NCBI GenBank assembly: GCA_951406725.2
Contig: OX597823.1
Location: forward strand, 61,442,001 to 61,506,000
Direction of reading: 5' to 3'
Source of the DNA: Octopus vulgaris
Taxonomy: Eukaryota
DNA: 64,000 bases
The notes under the pieces were generated by a model. That model was given only the letters and a program-made list of their open reading frames with translations. It did no database searches and was not told the DNA's origin. Below are positions 39,270 to 52,059 of this stretch, piece after piece (within the stretch, counting starts at the first letter, position 1; every line of letters starts with the position of its first letter). The translations under genes were made by a program, and so were the position numbers.

Positions 39270-39460
39270 ATGATAGATCGGTAGCCACTACACACATTTT
39301 TTTTTTTCTTTCGTTGTTTTTTTCTGTGTCCCTTTCTGTAGAAGAGCGAAGGCTCAAAACGTAAAAGACTTTTTCTATTCCTGAGCGTTATACTAATACA
39401 TCTGTTTGTTTTGTACACCACCTGTCTTCGTCTTTTGTTTTTTTTGTGAGCTCTCCCAGT
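39270..39460 (+). mobile_element. Short repeat with a hammerhead-like motif (possible Penelope pseudo-LTR piece)
   Basis: CTTT CTGTAGA A GAGC GAAG GCTC AAAAC GTA AAAG at 39332-39367. Lies between (TA)n tracts. Homologues at 41240-41400 and 49625-49800 (minus). Confidence 0.55.
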
Positions 39461-41239
39461 ATATATATATATACATTCACATTTATATTCTTTTACTTGT
39501 TTCGGTCTTTTGACTGCAGCCATGCTGATCATCATCATCATGAACATTGCTTTTTATTTTAGCATTTACCTTTCCATGTTGCATGGGAAAGACAAAATTG
39601 GGACACATTTTCTAGAGCCAGATGATCTTCCTGTATAAATTGTAGCATAATATCTGGCTACCATTTCTGTCAATTTGTTCCTTATATTGAGCATTTTTAT
39701 GACCTGCAAAGGTCATGACCACTGCCATTTCCTCCAAACTCAGTTGGTAAAAAAAAAAATATAATGCCTCGAAGAAGGAGTTGTGTTCCTGGTCTTCATA
39801 GTCCATCCAAGAGCTGAGAGACTGATGCCTTCATTGATCATCTTGAACTATTGCAAGTCAACTCCTACCATGTGTGAAAGACATGAGCAAGGAGTGAGTG
39901 CCAGAGGGATGGCATTCATTGGAAGGAAGGAATGTGTCATGATTAGTATGGGGCGGTGGTGGTGGTGGTGAAAGGAGGAGGAGGGGGAAAGGAGGAGGAG
40001 GAGGAGGAGGGGGAGGACCATGCTGCGGATTCACTGATTGGGTCCTCAAACTCTCATGTGTTAAGTGCCTTTCTCACTTATACTTGCACTTAGATTTGAA
40101 TAGTCCAACTCACATCTACTTCTTGTATGCTTTACTGAATGTTTCAACTGCTTTCAGCACTAAAATTTTGTATGAAATCAATATCTAGTACAGTATTGAA
40201 CTCTTTTTATCCTTCAATGGAATATTTACGTATTTACTGTTCAGGTATTGGGAATGTCTCACTTTCTCAAGTCATAGAGAACAGACAGATAAATGGTTAG
40301 ACATAACATAACATAACATGTAAAAGTTATATTCACAAAGTACATCAACAAACATTACTTACATCCTATCATCAAGTTTCAAGCAAATTCATGCTACAGT
40401 AATATTTTAAAGATTTTTAATACTGGACAATCTATATTTTCATCAAAATCTCTGGTTTCTATACAGAACTGCGAGATTTATGTAGAGGAAACATTGCAAG
40501 AATTTAAAAGTTAATGAATGGTCATGGCAGAACATTTGCGATTGGACACAGCACAACACTAGTGGCTAGACAACATAATCACAGCTTTTCAACTCTGAGA
40601 GGGACAGATTGTTGTTGACTTCAACATTGTAACACTACAACTTATCAGCATCATTGTTGGAGATACTGTCAGCAGCAACAGTGGTGACTACAGAAGCATT
40701 ATCATCATCATCATGCTTACATTCATCATGTTAATGATCGTAAAGAGGAATCATAGTATCTAGCTAAATGGATGTTGCCAGCTCTCAGTCACACACATAC
40801 CCCCACATTTTTTCCTACTTTCATACAAAACGTCTTGTCTTTTCTTTTTTTTTTACTTAATCAATTTGACGTTATTTCTCTTTACTCTTCATCACTGCAT
40901 TACTTTCCCATCTTTTTTGTTTTAATTTAACTTATTTCTTTGTTGTTTTTTTTCTTTTGTTTTTGCTTTTGGTTTCTTTTTCCATTTTTACTAGTTTCAG
41001 TCACTTGACTGAGACCATGCTGGGGCACCTCCTCGAAGGCTTTTTTCAACCAATTATACCAATACCAATACTTGCTTCAGTCTGATACTTACTGACTTGT
41101 TTTTATTGAATTACTAAGTTAACCATTTCACATACAGAGACACAATTTGATGCACTGTCTTATACTAGTATAGACAAACATAACAACACAGACACACATG
41201 CGTGCACACACACACACATATACATACATGTGTATGGCT

Positions 41240-41399
41240 CAAATGTACAGAAAACAAAAGACAAAGACAGATGAGGGAACAACAAGCAAGTGTATTAGTT
41301 TGACACTTGAGAAGAATGGAAAAGGTTTTGACATTTCAAGCCTATGCTCTTTGACAGAAAGGATTGAGAGGTAAAAAAACAGAGCAGGAGAGAGAGGGG

Positions 41400-41400
<1 letters not shown>
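41240..41400 (-). mobile_element. Same hammerhead-like repeat, copy 2
   Basis: Minus strand CTTTCTGTCAAAGAGCATAGGCTTGAAATGTCAAAA followed by CTAATACAC. Confidence 0.55.
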
Positions 41401-41482
<82 letters not shown>

Positions 41483-42466
41483 TGTTTACATTGGTTTACA
41501 TGGTTTACATTGATGAAATGATCAGAAGAAAGCGACCAAATGAAGGGGAGATAATGCCAACCCAGCTGAACAGGCATGCGCAAGTGCATGTAAGTATGTG
41601 AAAATATTGTGTGTGAGTGTGTATGAGGGTGAGCATGTGAGTATGCATGTGTGGGCAAGGTTACACATGCAATTCCCTTCAGCACAGTTTCCATATAAGC
41701 AAATTCCACTCACAGTGCCTTGGGCAACCCAGGCTGTCATAGAAGACAATTTTCCCTGCCAAGTTGCAATACAACACAACCGTGAATTGAACCTAGAACA
41801 ACAGGGTTTCGCAAACAACTTCTTAACCACAAAGTTAATGACTACACCAGTGCTTTGTCTTTGTCGCCTGCTCTTCCAACACTTTTCTTTCTTTTTTTTT
41901 TCTCCCACTCATTTTCCTCTGTGCTTCTTCATCCATTTCTTCTATGAATGACTGAATAAATGAATAAAAGAATGAAATCTAAAATAAAATAAATAGCTGG
42001 AACAATGCTTTCCATTCTTTTCGAAAATGTGTCCTATAGTAACTTCTTCAAATGACTAAAACTAATATATCAAGTCAGGGGGAAAAATGCTTTAAAGTGG
42101 GGGAAGAACAATTATTTTTAAGGTGGCACTTGGGACTACAGATGCCATACTAATAGAAATGAAACTCAAGGCAAAAATACTTGATTTCAAATAAATTACA
42201 GTATTTTGCTTTTATCAATCTGGAAAATGCATTAGATACAGTGTTGTTCTGTTCGGTGTTCAGTGTCCAGTGTCCAGCAAAGTGAACAACATGTCCATCC
42301 GCCCCCGCCCACATTCTCGCTCCTTCTGTCTCTCTTTCTACATGTCTGTATATGTGTTTAGGGGGGGAGCATATATGCATGCATGTGTAGGTGTATCTGT
42401 GTATGTGGACACGTGAACAAGTGTGTTTGTATATGTGTGTGTGAATGATAAATTTCCACACACATG

Positions 42467-42540
<74 letters not shown>

Positions 42541-43404
42541 AATGTATGAATGTATGTGTGTTCGTATGTATATATCCACGCACATCAGATATACATATAC
42601 ATACATAATACATACATACATACATATGAATACATGTATGTGTACATATATATATATAGGCATATGTATACATATGTGAATAAGGTTGTGGTATAGAAAG
42701 AGAAAGAGAACAAGAGAGAGAGAAAAAAGAACAAGAGAAAGAGACAGACAGACAGAGAGAGAGAGAATGAAAGAGAGAGAGTGAGAGAGAGAAAGAGAGT
42801 GAGTGATAAAAGTGAAAGTGTGGGAACAACTGACTCATAAAAACTGTCAAGTGTATGTATGAAGATATTTGCAGTTAGGAGAGGAACAGAGGATCAATAA
42901 TACATTTAGTATAGAACCTGATGCAAAAGTAGATGTCAACTAAAGCTTTTAACTGAGCCAATTTCACTAAAGTATGCTAATAATAATAATAATAATAATA
43001 ATAATAGTAATAATAATAACACAAAAAGACTTGCAATAGGGAGGAAGGGTAAGTTATGTTTGAGAATTACAGTTTATAGAAATGAAATTTTTGTGTTTAG
43101 AGAATATTTTTAATTCTTTAATTCTTTTTTTTTTGCGGATATTAAAATGTTTATATGTTGGTTATGAATTAAGATTATCCTGTTAACTGATAATGATCTT
43201 GATATGTTCATTAGGGAAAGAGGAAACATTTGCCATATTGTTGTTATTGTTGTTGTTTTTTGTTGTTTAGTTACAGGTCAGCAGTGATTGAGCTGGACTA
43301 TGGTTCAAGACATCTCGTCCCTTCATCATTCGGGGTTTTTAATTTTATATTTTAATTTTTCATTTTTATTGTTATCATTATTATTATCCCCACCCCTTTT
43401 TGAA

Positions 43405-43571
43405 GTGCTGGCATGGCTGCCTGGTTAAGGAGTTTGCTTCCCAACCACATGGTTTCGGGTTCAGTCCTACTGTGCAGCACCATGGGAAAATAAGTGTCTT
43501 CTATGCATAGTTATAGGCAGACTGAAGCCTTGTGAACTGATATGGTAGATGGAAACTGAAAGAAACCTGTC

Positions 43572-43575
<4 letters not shown>
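43405..43575 (+). mobile_element. SINE family A, 5' half
   Basis: CCAACCACATGGTTTCGGGTTCAGTCC...GGTAGATGGAAACTGAAAGAA. Confidence 0.75.
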
Positions 43576-43602
<27 letters not shown>

Positions 43603-43682
43603 TTATACTGTGATGGTTTTTGTTAGATGGCATCGATTTTTACAATTCTGTATATAATGATAATAATAATAACAACAACAAC

Positions 43683-43710
<28 letters not shown>

Positions 43711-43713
<3 letters not shown>

Positions 43714-43872
43714 GTATTTTATAATTTTAAAGCTTATAAGCAATCACCATGTAATGACTAGGAAAACCTACTTTTTTTCCATTGAGGGCTTATATGCCCC
43801 ATTATTATTAGACTACATTCTTTAGTCATTACACAGTGATATCTTATAAGCTTTAAGCTTATAAAATACTAT
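43711..43872. repeat. Inverted repeat (~52-bp arms)
   Basis: ATAGTATTTTATAA..AAAGCTTATAAG..ATCAC..TGTAATGACTA pairs with TAGTCATTACACAGTGATATCTTATAAGCTTTAAGCTTATAAAATACTAT. Confidence 0.85.
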
Positions 43873-44676
43873 ATATATAATATATATATATACATACACA
43901 CACACACATATATATTCATACATATATATATATGTATGTATATATATATTTACATATGCATATATATATTTACATATGTATATATATATTTACATATATA
44001 TATGTATGTATATATATATTTACATATGTGTGTGTGTGTATGTTTGTGTGTGGAAGTGCATGGCTCAGTAGTTAGGCTGTTGGACTTGTGGTTTCAACTC
44101 TTGGACCAGGCAATGTATTATGTTTTTGGTCAAAACATTTCATTTTATGTTGCTCCAGTCCTGTGATGGACTGGTGTCTTGCATCCAGGTGGGGAAAATA
44201 TATTACACGGAAACTGGGGAAAACTAGCCCGTATTAGTCAGCATGCCTCGAGAAGGTAACTTTTTTTTTTATTGTCTATATGTTTAGAAATGTGTGTGTG
44301 TGTGTGTGTGTGTATCTCCTTGTCTTGACATTGCATGGTAGTTGTAAATGATTGTGATTGTTATACAAGTGGTGTTGTTCATTTCCAATATTTTAACTTT
44401 CTTTTTTTACAGTTCCCAACTATTAAATCCACTTCCAAGACTTTGGTCAGTCCAGGATTATAGTACAAAACAGATGTCCAAGGTACTGCAAAGAAGTGGG
44501 ACTGAACCCACGATCATATGATTGGGAAGCAAGTTTCTTAATCATACAGTCATGCTCGCACCTATTTGGTGAACATTCTTGCATAGGGCCATCATATTTC
44601 TGAAGAGAAACAACAAAACCTAGAATCAGAGTCAACAAATTCTTATTCAGTTTTATAATTAAGAGATGAGATATTA

Positions 44677-44825
44677 TGTACATTATTTACATTATTTACA
44701 TTTGACAAATATTTGTCCTCATCTTGTTTGTTGTTAACACAATGTTTTAACTGATATACCTTCCAGCCTTCATCAGGTGTCTTGGGGAAATTTCGAACCT
44801 GGGTTCTCATTCAATGTTGCTGTTG

Positions 44826-44863
<38 letters not shown>

Positions 44864-44943
44864 TTTATTCAGATCACTGCTTGGAATCGAACTCGGAATC
44901 TTGGGGGTTAGTAGGCCGCGCTCTTAACCACTACGCCATGGGC
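44677..44943 (-). mobile_element. tRNA-headed SINE with a degenerate hammerhead-like motif
   Basis: A box TGGCGTAGTGG, B box GTTCGATTCC, (AAT)n, then GACAC CTGATGA A GGCTG-loop-CAGTT AAAAC ATT GTGTT, and a tandem TGTAAATAA tail. Confidence 0.7.
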
Positions 44944-45100
44944 ATATATATATATATGTATGTATGTATGTATTGGAGCCATATATATATATATGTGTGT
45001 GAGTGTGTGTGTGTGTGTGTGTGTATTTATGTATGTATTGGAGCCATTGATTTGGTAAACAGTACATTCTGGAAAGTGATTAGAGGAGTAACTGAGTAGC

Positions 45101-45331
45101 TTAAACCTTTCATCACCTTATTTGTGTTGAAATTCATAGTTTTTGTTTTATTTACTTTTGAAAATAACGAACAATTTAGTATAATAACTTAGTCATTATT
45201 AAGTGAGTGTTTGGAACATAAAGTACTATGAAATTTTAATGTAAGGTTTCAATTTAGATCACTTAAAAAGCATAAAGTTTGTATTGCTAGTCCAGGAGCA
45301 GTTTCAGGCAGGTTGGTATCAAAATGGTTAA
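45101..45331. mobile_element. piggyBac-type MITE, degenerate
   Basis: TTAA ACCTTTTCATCACC ... GGTATCAAAATGG TTAA termini. Confidence 0.5.
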
Positions 45332-45404
45332 ATTGCCAGATTATGGATTTGAAGCTTCCCTAGGTATGGTTTACATATGTCATATTGATCATAGAATTGT
45401 TGGT

Positions 45405-45557
45405 TAATTCTGCTGAGGTCAACTTAGCTTTTCATTCTTTCAGTATCGATAAATTAAGTACCAGTTACACACTGGGGTGGATGTAATCAACTTAATCCGT
45501 TTGTCTGTCCTTGTTTGTCCCCTCTGTGTTTAGCCCCTTGTGGGTAGTAAAGAAATA
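45405..45557 (+). mobile_element. SINE family B, 3' part
   Basis: AAGTACCAGTTACACACTGGGG...TTAGCCCCTTGTGGGTAGTAAAGAAAT. Confidence 0.8.
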
Positions 45558-46629
45558 GGTTAAAGACAGGATAAATTCTGTAAGGTGAAGAAGTGTATAT
45601 TAGAAGCTACTTACCCAAAGTGGCGGACTGTGGAAATGAGTAAAATAAATATAAAAAAAAAAAGAATAATATACATGCAGATTCTAACTACTTGTACTGC
45701 ACATATGCTTCACATAGTACATGCAGTCATATGTGTAGTAGTATTTTTGTTCATGTGTGTGCATGTTGTGTGTGTGTGTGTGTGTGTGTGTGTGGTTCTT
45801 GTAATGTGTGTGTTCTTGTTGAATCCCAGTTCAGCTTTGCAGAGCAGACCCATAGTCAAAGCCATTCCAGCATTGACCATCCTAATATTTTAAATATATA
45901 TAACTAGATTGCTTTGTATGCCCTCTCTTTTTCATTTGCTCGGTGGGGGTAGGGAATGTTTTGAGAACTTGGTTTCTATTTCTAGCATGTCAAACGACTG
46001 TATAGAGGCCACTTCATTAGTTATTTAGAGTTCCGGGAATCTTTGAGATATAAAAATATTATTATCAAACATTGTGAGTTTGAAACCTAGTTTACAGGCC
46101 TAGCTTGTGACTTTGAGTGTCAATCGCGTGATGGTTGTGAATCATTTCTTAATGAGCATTGTTGTAAGAATAAAGGTAATTGGATGGAGTCATACTAATA
46201 GATTAAGTCTATTGGAATGAATGAGAGCTTTCCAAATGCTAGCAAAAACTTTACTCTCAACTCTCACACCACCCTCTCTCTGTCTCTCTATCTTTCTAAG
46301 TATCTCCCACCTTTTTTTTGCCTCATATATTCTTCTATGCTACAGTCTTGATGTGCATACAGCTATATCTTTGTTAAATAGCATTTTCCTGTAGAATAAA
46401 ATTAATTTATGTTGTTGACATTTAATGGATGAAGGCGTTTCGATGAATAAGCCAAAGAGGGAGTCTGCACATGGTTACATGATCTCCTAGTAATAACAAC
46501 CAGATCTGCCTCAAATTAAACTCTACTACAAGGACACATTAGGTATTGTTCTAGATGTATGCTTTTCTGAAGAGGTCTACAAAGTTCATAAATTGTCTAG
46601 AGTTATCACCCTTACTTGCTGAAATTATT

Positions 46630-46840
46630 GGTTTCAAATTTTAGCACATGGCCAGCAAATTCAGAAGCGGCATTAAGCCAATTAAACTGATCGCACTGCT
46701 CAACTGGTACTTATTTTATCGATCCTGAAAGGATGGAAGGCAAAGTCAACCTCGGCGGAATTTGGTCTCAGAATATAAAGACAGATGAAATGCCATTGAG
46801 CATTTTCGTGGCTTGCTAATGATTCTGCCAGCTCATTACC
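46630..46840 (-). mobile_element. SINE family B with target-site duplication
   Basis: Flanked by TACTT(G/A)CTGAAATTATT on both sides. Confidence 0.8.
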
Positions 46841-47046
46841 CTACTTACTGAAATTATTAAGATAATTATTAATCACTAAGTTAATACATTTACCTCATTG
46901 CATAATTACTGCATTTACTTGTTTGTAATATTCACTTCTACACAGTATGCATTCCTAATTATGGGCAATATAAGGCCAGAAAAATACATCTCATTTGCAA
47001 TGCACACAGACGTTTCTTTGGTTCTTACTTCCCATTTACTGAGGCC

Positions 47047-47890
47047 ATGCTGGGGCACTGCTTTTGCTTGCTTGCTGGCTTTCTGCCTGAAATTGTTTCT
47101 CATGAAGTAGTGAGTTGGACAGAGTTGCTCTTCTTCATACCTCCTACCAAGACATTGATTTATCTGGTATCTCAGATAAAAATTCATCCAAATGTTCTTT
47201 GAAAGCATCCTCATATACATTATGCATGTCCCTGATAGGTCCTTACAGCCTAAGCTGTTACAGTACTGGGCCATTACATTAAATGAAGGGGACAAGATCT
47301 TTAGGACTTTGCAATGGTATAGCTTTCAATCCCAAAGTTGGGATCTAGACCTTCCAGAATCATCCATATTTATATCACTGCATAACTTTCATGTTTTCTC
47401 TCTCAAGCAGGTGTTGGGGAACTTTTTTAAACAATTTCCCCAAAATATCCCCTTGATTTGAAAGGAAGAAAATCATAGATTCTTTGAATTCAAAAGGTCT
47501 ATTGAATCAGTTTTATCGAATCTATTTATATGAATCTATTTACACATCCATTACATTGAACAGATGCAGTGTTGTCAGAAGAAAAGTTTCTGTCATAACA
47601 AGGAACACATTTTTTTATATAATGTTACTTATGTCTAATGAGTCCTCATTAGCTCCAAGAATTTCATTTTTACCCTACTTGGGGTAATTTACCCTTGTTT
47701 GTCAATCCCTGCTCTAGGAAATAGAGTCCCAGTTCCTTTAGACTCTTCCAGGGTCTCATCCAATGCACCGAGTCAACCTACTTTATGTAGTGACATTGGA
47801 TTGTCTCGACTTACTCTGTTCAGTGCTTTGCTATGGACACAGTTGGGAGCAGTAATCCAAGCAGATGAGAACAAATGCTCTCCATATGAG
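47047..47890 (-). mobile_element. Decayed CR1-like LINE 3' region, with unassigned sequence at about 47400-47700
   Basis: Minus-strand motifs LDYCSQL, WKSLKELGLYFLE, IWMILEGLDPNFG and FKEHLDEFLSEIPD..SNSLLH. Confidence 0.7.
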
Positions 47891-48524
47891 TAGCATAATA
47901 TCTTTTAGTATAGAAAAAAAACAAGCTTCGTTACACTTATAATATTTGCTGTTTAAAACACTTTGTCAAAAAAGTTCACAAATCTTAAGCAATTTCAAAA
48001 GTGACCTTTCCATTTTACCAATATAGGTCATAAAGTACACTTACCATATAAATCAACATTGTGAATATCACATGTTCATATTTTTTCTAGAAAATCAATT
48101 TTATTTTGATTATGATGTACTTAAGTTTATATTCAATTTTACTGTTGTCACAGGAGAACAAATGTTTGAGCATAGATATTTAAAAAAGAAAAAAAAACCT
48201 TCTAACATTTTTTTTTCATAGCACATTTTTTTTAATATTGTTTTGATTTTTATGTTTTGAACATCAGACATTTCAGAATCTGGCAAGTATTTTTCTTAAT
48301 CAAAAAATAAAAAATTAATTATGCAATATGTATAATTTAATATAACGACAAAATAGTTTAATGAAATAAAATGAAATATTTTCTTTTTTATAAATTGTAT
48401 AAATATATTAAGTAATTATAGCATATTAAACAATAAATATAGTGTTAGTAAATATAATAGTACATCATTGAAGTACAAATAAAAGTTTAAGAAGTATATA
48501 CTTTCATGGTAGAAAATCTTTTCT

Positions 48525-48730
48525 TTTTTATCTCTTTCTTGTTTCAGTCATTGAACTGTGGCAATGCTGGGGCATTGCCTTGAAGGGTTAGTCAAACAAA
48601 TCAACCCCAGTACTTCTTTTTTAAGTCTGGTACTTATTTCATTTGTCTCTTTTGCTGACCCACGACATTACTGAGATGTAAGCAAACCAACATGAATTGT
48701 CAAGCAGTAGGTGAACAAGCACAAACACAA

Positions 48731-48773
<43 letters not shown>

Positions 48774-48882
48774 CACACACACACACACACACACACATGT
48801 ATTTGAAGGGCTTCTGCACAGTTTCCATATACAAAATTCACTCACAAGCAGAAGACACATACTCAAGGTGCCGTGCAGTGGG
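48525..48882 (-). mobile_element. SINE family A (head extends to about 48940)
   Basis: Homologous to the other family A copies. Confidence 0.75.
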
Positions 48883-49135
48883 ACTGAACCTGAAATCATG
48901 TGGTTGCAAAGAGAGTGTTTTAACCACACAGCCATTCCTGTACTTATACATTATTAGGTCATTTGGCCAGTATGGACAAAACAACATATGCAACAGCATA
49001 TGTTGTTTCTGTTTTAGATTTAGTAAACTTGAGAAACCCTGGCATAGAAACATACAACATCAACATCATCATCATCATCCTCATTATTATTTTAATGTCC
49101 ACCCTCCATGCTTTCATGTGTCAGAAGGGGTTTAA

Positions 49136-49354
49136 CCCTTTAGTGTTCAGATTATTCTATCAAACATAATGCTTATTGATTCCCATTGATTTGAATTAAT
49201 CATGCATTATCTCAAGTCTTCAAGATCTTGATGGTGTAATTACTTAATGTAGAATAACATTGTAGGATAGGTGCGAGAGCCTGGATCTGGTCAGTTTGAA
49301 CATAAAACAGATTAACTATTTTGGCCGGATATAGCCGGGTTAAATACTAAAGGG
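49136..49354. mobile_element. piggyBac-type MITE with TTAA target duplication
   Basis: TTAA|CCCTTTAGTG ... TACTAAAGGG|TTAA, inserted in a family E SINE remnant. Confidence 0.8.
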
Positions 49355-49570
49355 TTAAGAAAGATTTTTTTCTGTGCTTTGATACCCATCCAGTCACCAA
49401 CCTTCACCTGTTTCAGAGCAAGCTAATATTTCCTCATGATTAGAAATGTTCTTGAAAAATACTAGAAATGAATGCTATTGTTTGTATGATAGTAATAATC
49501 AGGTACAATTACCACACAATGGCAAGATAAGGAGACACACAAACATAGACACACATACACATACATATAT

Positions 49571-49618
<48 letters not shown>

Positions 49619-49624
49619 GGTTCA

Positions 49625-49800
49625 AATTATACAATAAACAAACAATGAAAGGCAGAAACAGGTGAGGGAACAAAGTGTATTAGTTTGACACTCTGGAAAA
49701 CTGGAAGAGTCTTTGATGTTTCAAACCTATGTTCTTCTAAGGAGAGAAAATGGATAAAGGGAGGGGAAAAAATTATAATAAACAGAGAGAAAAAAAACCT
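49625..49800 (-). mobile_element. Hammerhead-like repeat, copy 3 (degenerate)
   Basis: AAGTGTATTAGTTTGACACT and GATGTTTCAAACCTATGTTCTT are shared with 41240-41400. Confidence 0.5.
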
Positions 49801-50011
49801 GTCTGGATGAATGGGTCTTTCAGTCTCTGCTTCCAAATACATTCACAAGGCTTTGGTCAGCTAGGAGTTATTGTAGAAGACACTTACCCAAAGTGCCACA
49901 CAATGGGACTAAACCCAGAACCATATAGTTGGAAAGCAAATTTCTTAGCACATAGTCACACATGAACATTTGATATGTTATCAGTATCATAGAAGCATAT
50001 AATGATATAAT

Positions 50012-50222
50012 GTGGCAAGTTAGCAGAAACGTCAGCACGCTGGGCAAAATGCTTAGCGGTATTTCATCTATCTTTACACTCTGAGTTCAAATTCCATCTA
50101 AATCAACTTTGCTTTTCATTCTTTAAGGGTCGATAAATTAAGTACTAGTTGCGTCCTGGAGTTGATCTAATCGACTAGCCCCCTCCCCCAAAATTTCAGG
50201 CCTTGTGCCTAGTGTGGAAAAT
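50012..50222 (+). mobile_element. SINE family B
   Basis: GTGGCAAGTTAGCAGAAACGTCAGCACGC...GAGTTCAAATTCC...GGCCTTGTGCCTAG. Confidence 0.8.
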
Positions 50223-51312
50223 AATATTACAGTGATTTAAATTATTTGTAATATATCAGAAAGCTTGAACAATAGTTATAACTTTTGCCATTCTTGTAAT
50301 GACCAGATTTTTGGAACCAGGAAAACAGGTAACATTTAGTTCTCATGTATAATGCACACCCTAATTTTTAGGTTTAAAAATCTAATAAAAACAAAAAAAA
50401 AAGCATGTATTATACACATAATAAATACAATATTTCTAATTAGATATTTAATGCAAATTACATTAAATATTCTAACGCTAACTTAGCTTTTGTTTTCAAT
50501 GCTGATGGTGTCTCTGAATAATTAATCTTAGTGATTGTTTTTCTAGATTCATTAGCCTGGAAAGAAGAGATGGTATAGCCATGGCTGGAATGCCTTTGAT
50601 CATAGGACAGCTCAATTAAGATTAACCTGAGACAAAACAACATCAATACTACCACCACCACCACTGCCACCACCACCATCAACAATGACAACTACTGTAT
50701 TACCATCAACATGTTTGTATGGGAGGTATGCTACTGTCAAAACATGGTACAAGTACAAAAGAATATAATGGTGCATGTGAGTGTGAAGTAGGGAAGGTGG
50801 TAGGGAGAATGATTCGAGGAAAATTAAATATTGGTGTATTTGTGCCATTGTTCCAACACAGTAATTGGAATTTAATGGGAGAATGACACTCTAAGCTTCC
50901 TGGTGCATTCTAGAAAATCTGATTTGAAATTTTCAGAAGAAAGCAAAAGTGCAGCCTACATCAACCAAAGTGAATTCCAGCTGTAACTGATTGGAACTAT
51001 GAAGATGTAAAGAATTTCACATGGTTGAATGCAAAGAGTTCAGATTATTTCCAAGAGTCAATTCGTTAAACCAGTTATTACATTGTTAGTGACTACATTT
51101 TGATTTGATTCTTGCATTTCTAGTATTGTTACTTGTGGAAAAAAAAAACAACAAAACAAATTTGCCATCTAACAATCCATCCACTCATACGTGCATTCAC
51201 ACATATTTAATTACCTACTTATTGAATAGCAAATATAAACTAGCACCTGAAGATATTTAAATATATATGTAACATACACACACAGATAGATAGATAGACA
51301 GATAGATAGATT

Positions 51313-51370
<58 letters not shown>

Positions 51371-51409
51371 CAGCTAGATAGATAGATAGATACATAGATA
51401 GACAGATAC

Positions 51410-51468
<59 letters not shown>

Positions 51469-51552
51469 TGTTTGTTTTTTTCTGTTCAGTTATAATAAAA
51501 ACAATTTTAGATTAATCTGATGGGTCACTATATTTTTGTAGAGTACAAATGT

Positions 51553-51689
51553 ATTATTCTTAAACAAGAATGTTGCTGATAGTGACTTCAAAGTTTTGGC
51601 CAGCTGAGCCATCATTGAACTGTCCAACAATGGTTTAGCTAGATGGAACTTTGAAGTCACTATCAGCAACGTTCTTGTTTAAGAATAAT
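51553..51689. repeat. Inverted repeat, 43-bp arms
   Basis: 51553-51595 is the near-perfect reverse complement of 51647-51689. Confidence 0.9.
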
Positions 51690-51698
51690 GAATAGTAT

Positions 51699-51735
<37 letters not shown>

Positions 51736-51744
<9 letters not shown>

Positions 51745-52007
51745 GGGTATCAAAGAGGCAACACCATGCCGGAAATAGTATTTAAAACTGACTATAGCAT
51801 GACATCATGTATTCATATAGCACAGATGAATACGTGATGCGGTTCTATAGTCAGTTTTGACTGCTATTTCTGTCATGGTGTTGCCTCTTTGGTATCCTTA
51901 ATTATAATTATATTTATGTTATTATATATCTATAATAAGTATTAACTATACAGAATTTTCCATGCAGGCCAGTTGATATGATCATTATTATAAATAATAT
52001 TTTTATC

Positions 52008-52010
<3 letters not shown>
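51736..52010. mobile_element. (TA)n-embedded fold-back element (~80-bp arms plus unpaired tail)
   Basis: Arms 51736-51816 and 51826-51906. Tail TTTCCATGCAGGCCAGTTGATATGATCATTATT..TTATCCTT. Same family as 61657-62010. Confidence 0.8.

Positions 52011-52055
<45 letters not shown>

Positions 52056-52059
<4 letters not shown>

Noticed and set aside
44865-44943. tRNA gene (also the heads at 20049, 20542 and 16880)
   Set aside because: A and B boxes are present but no convincing acceptor stem, and each continues into a repeat body, so these are SINE heads.
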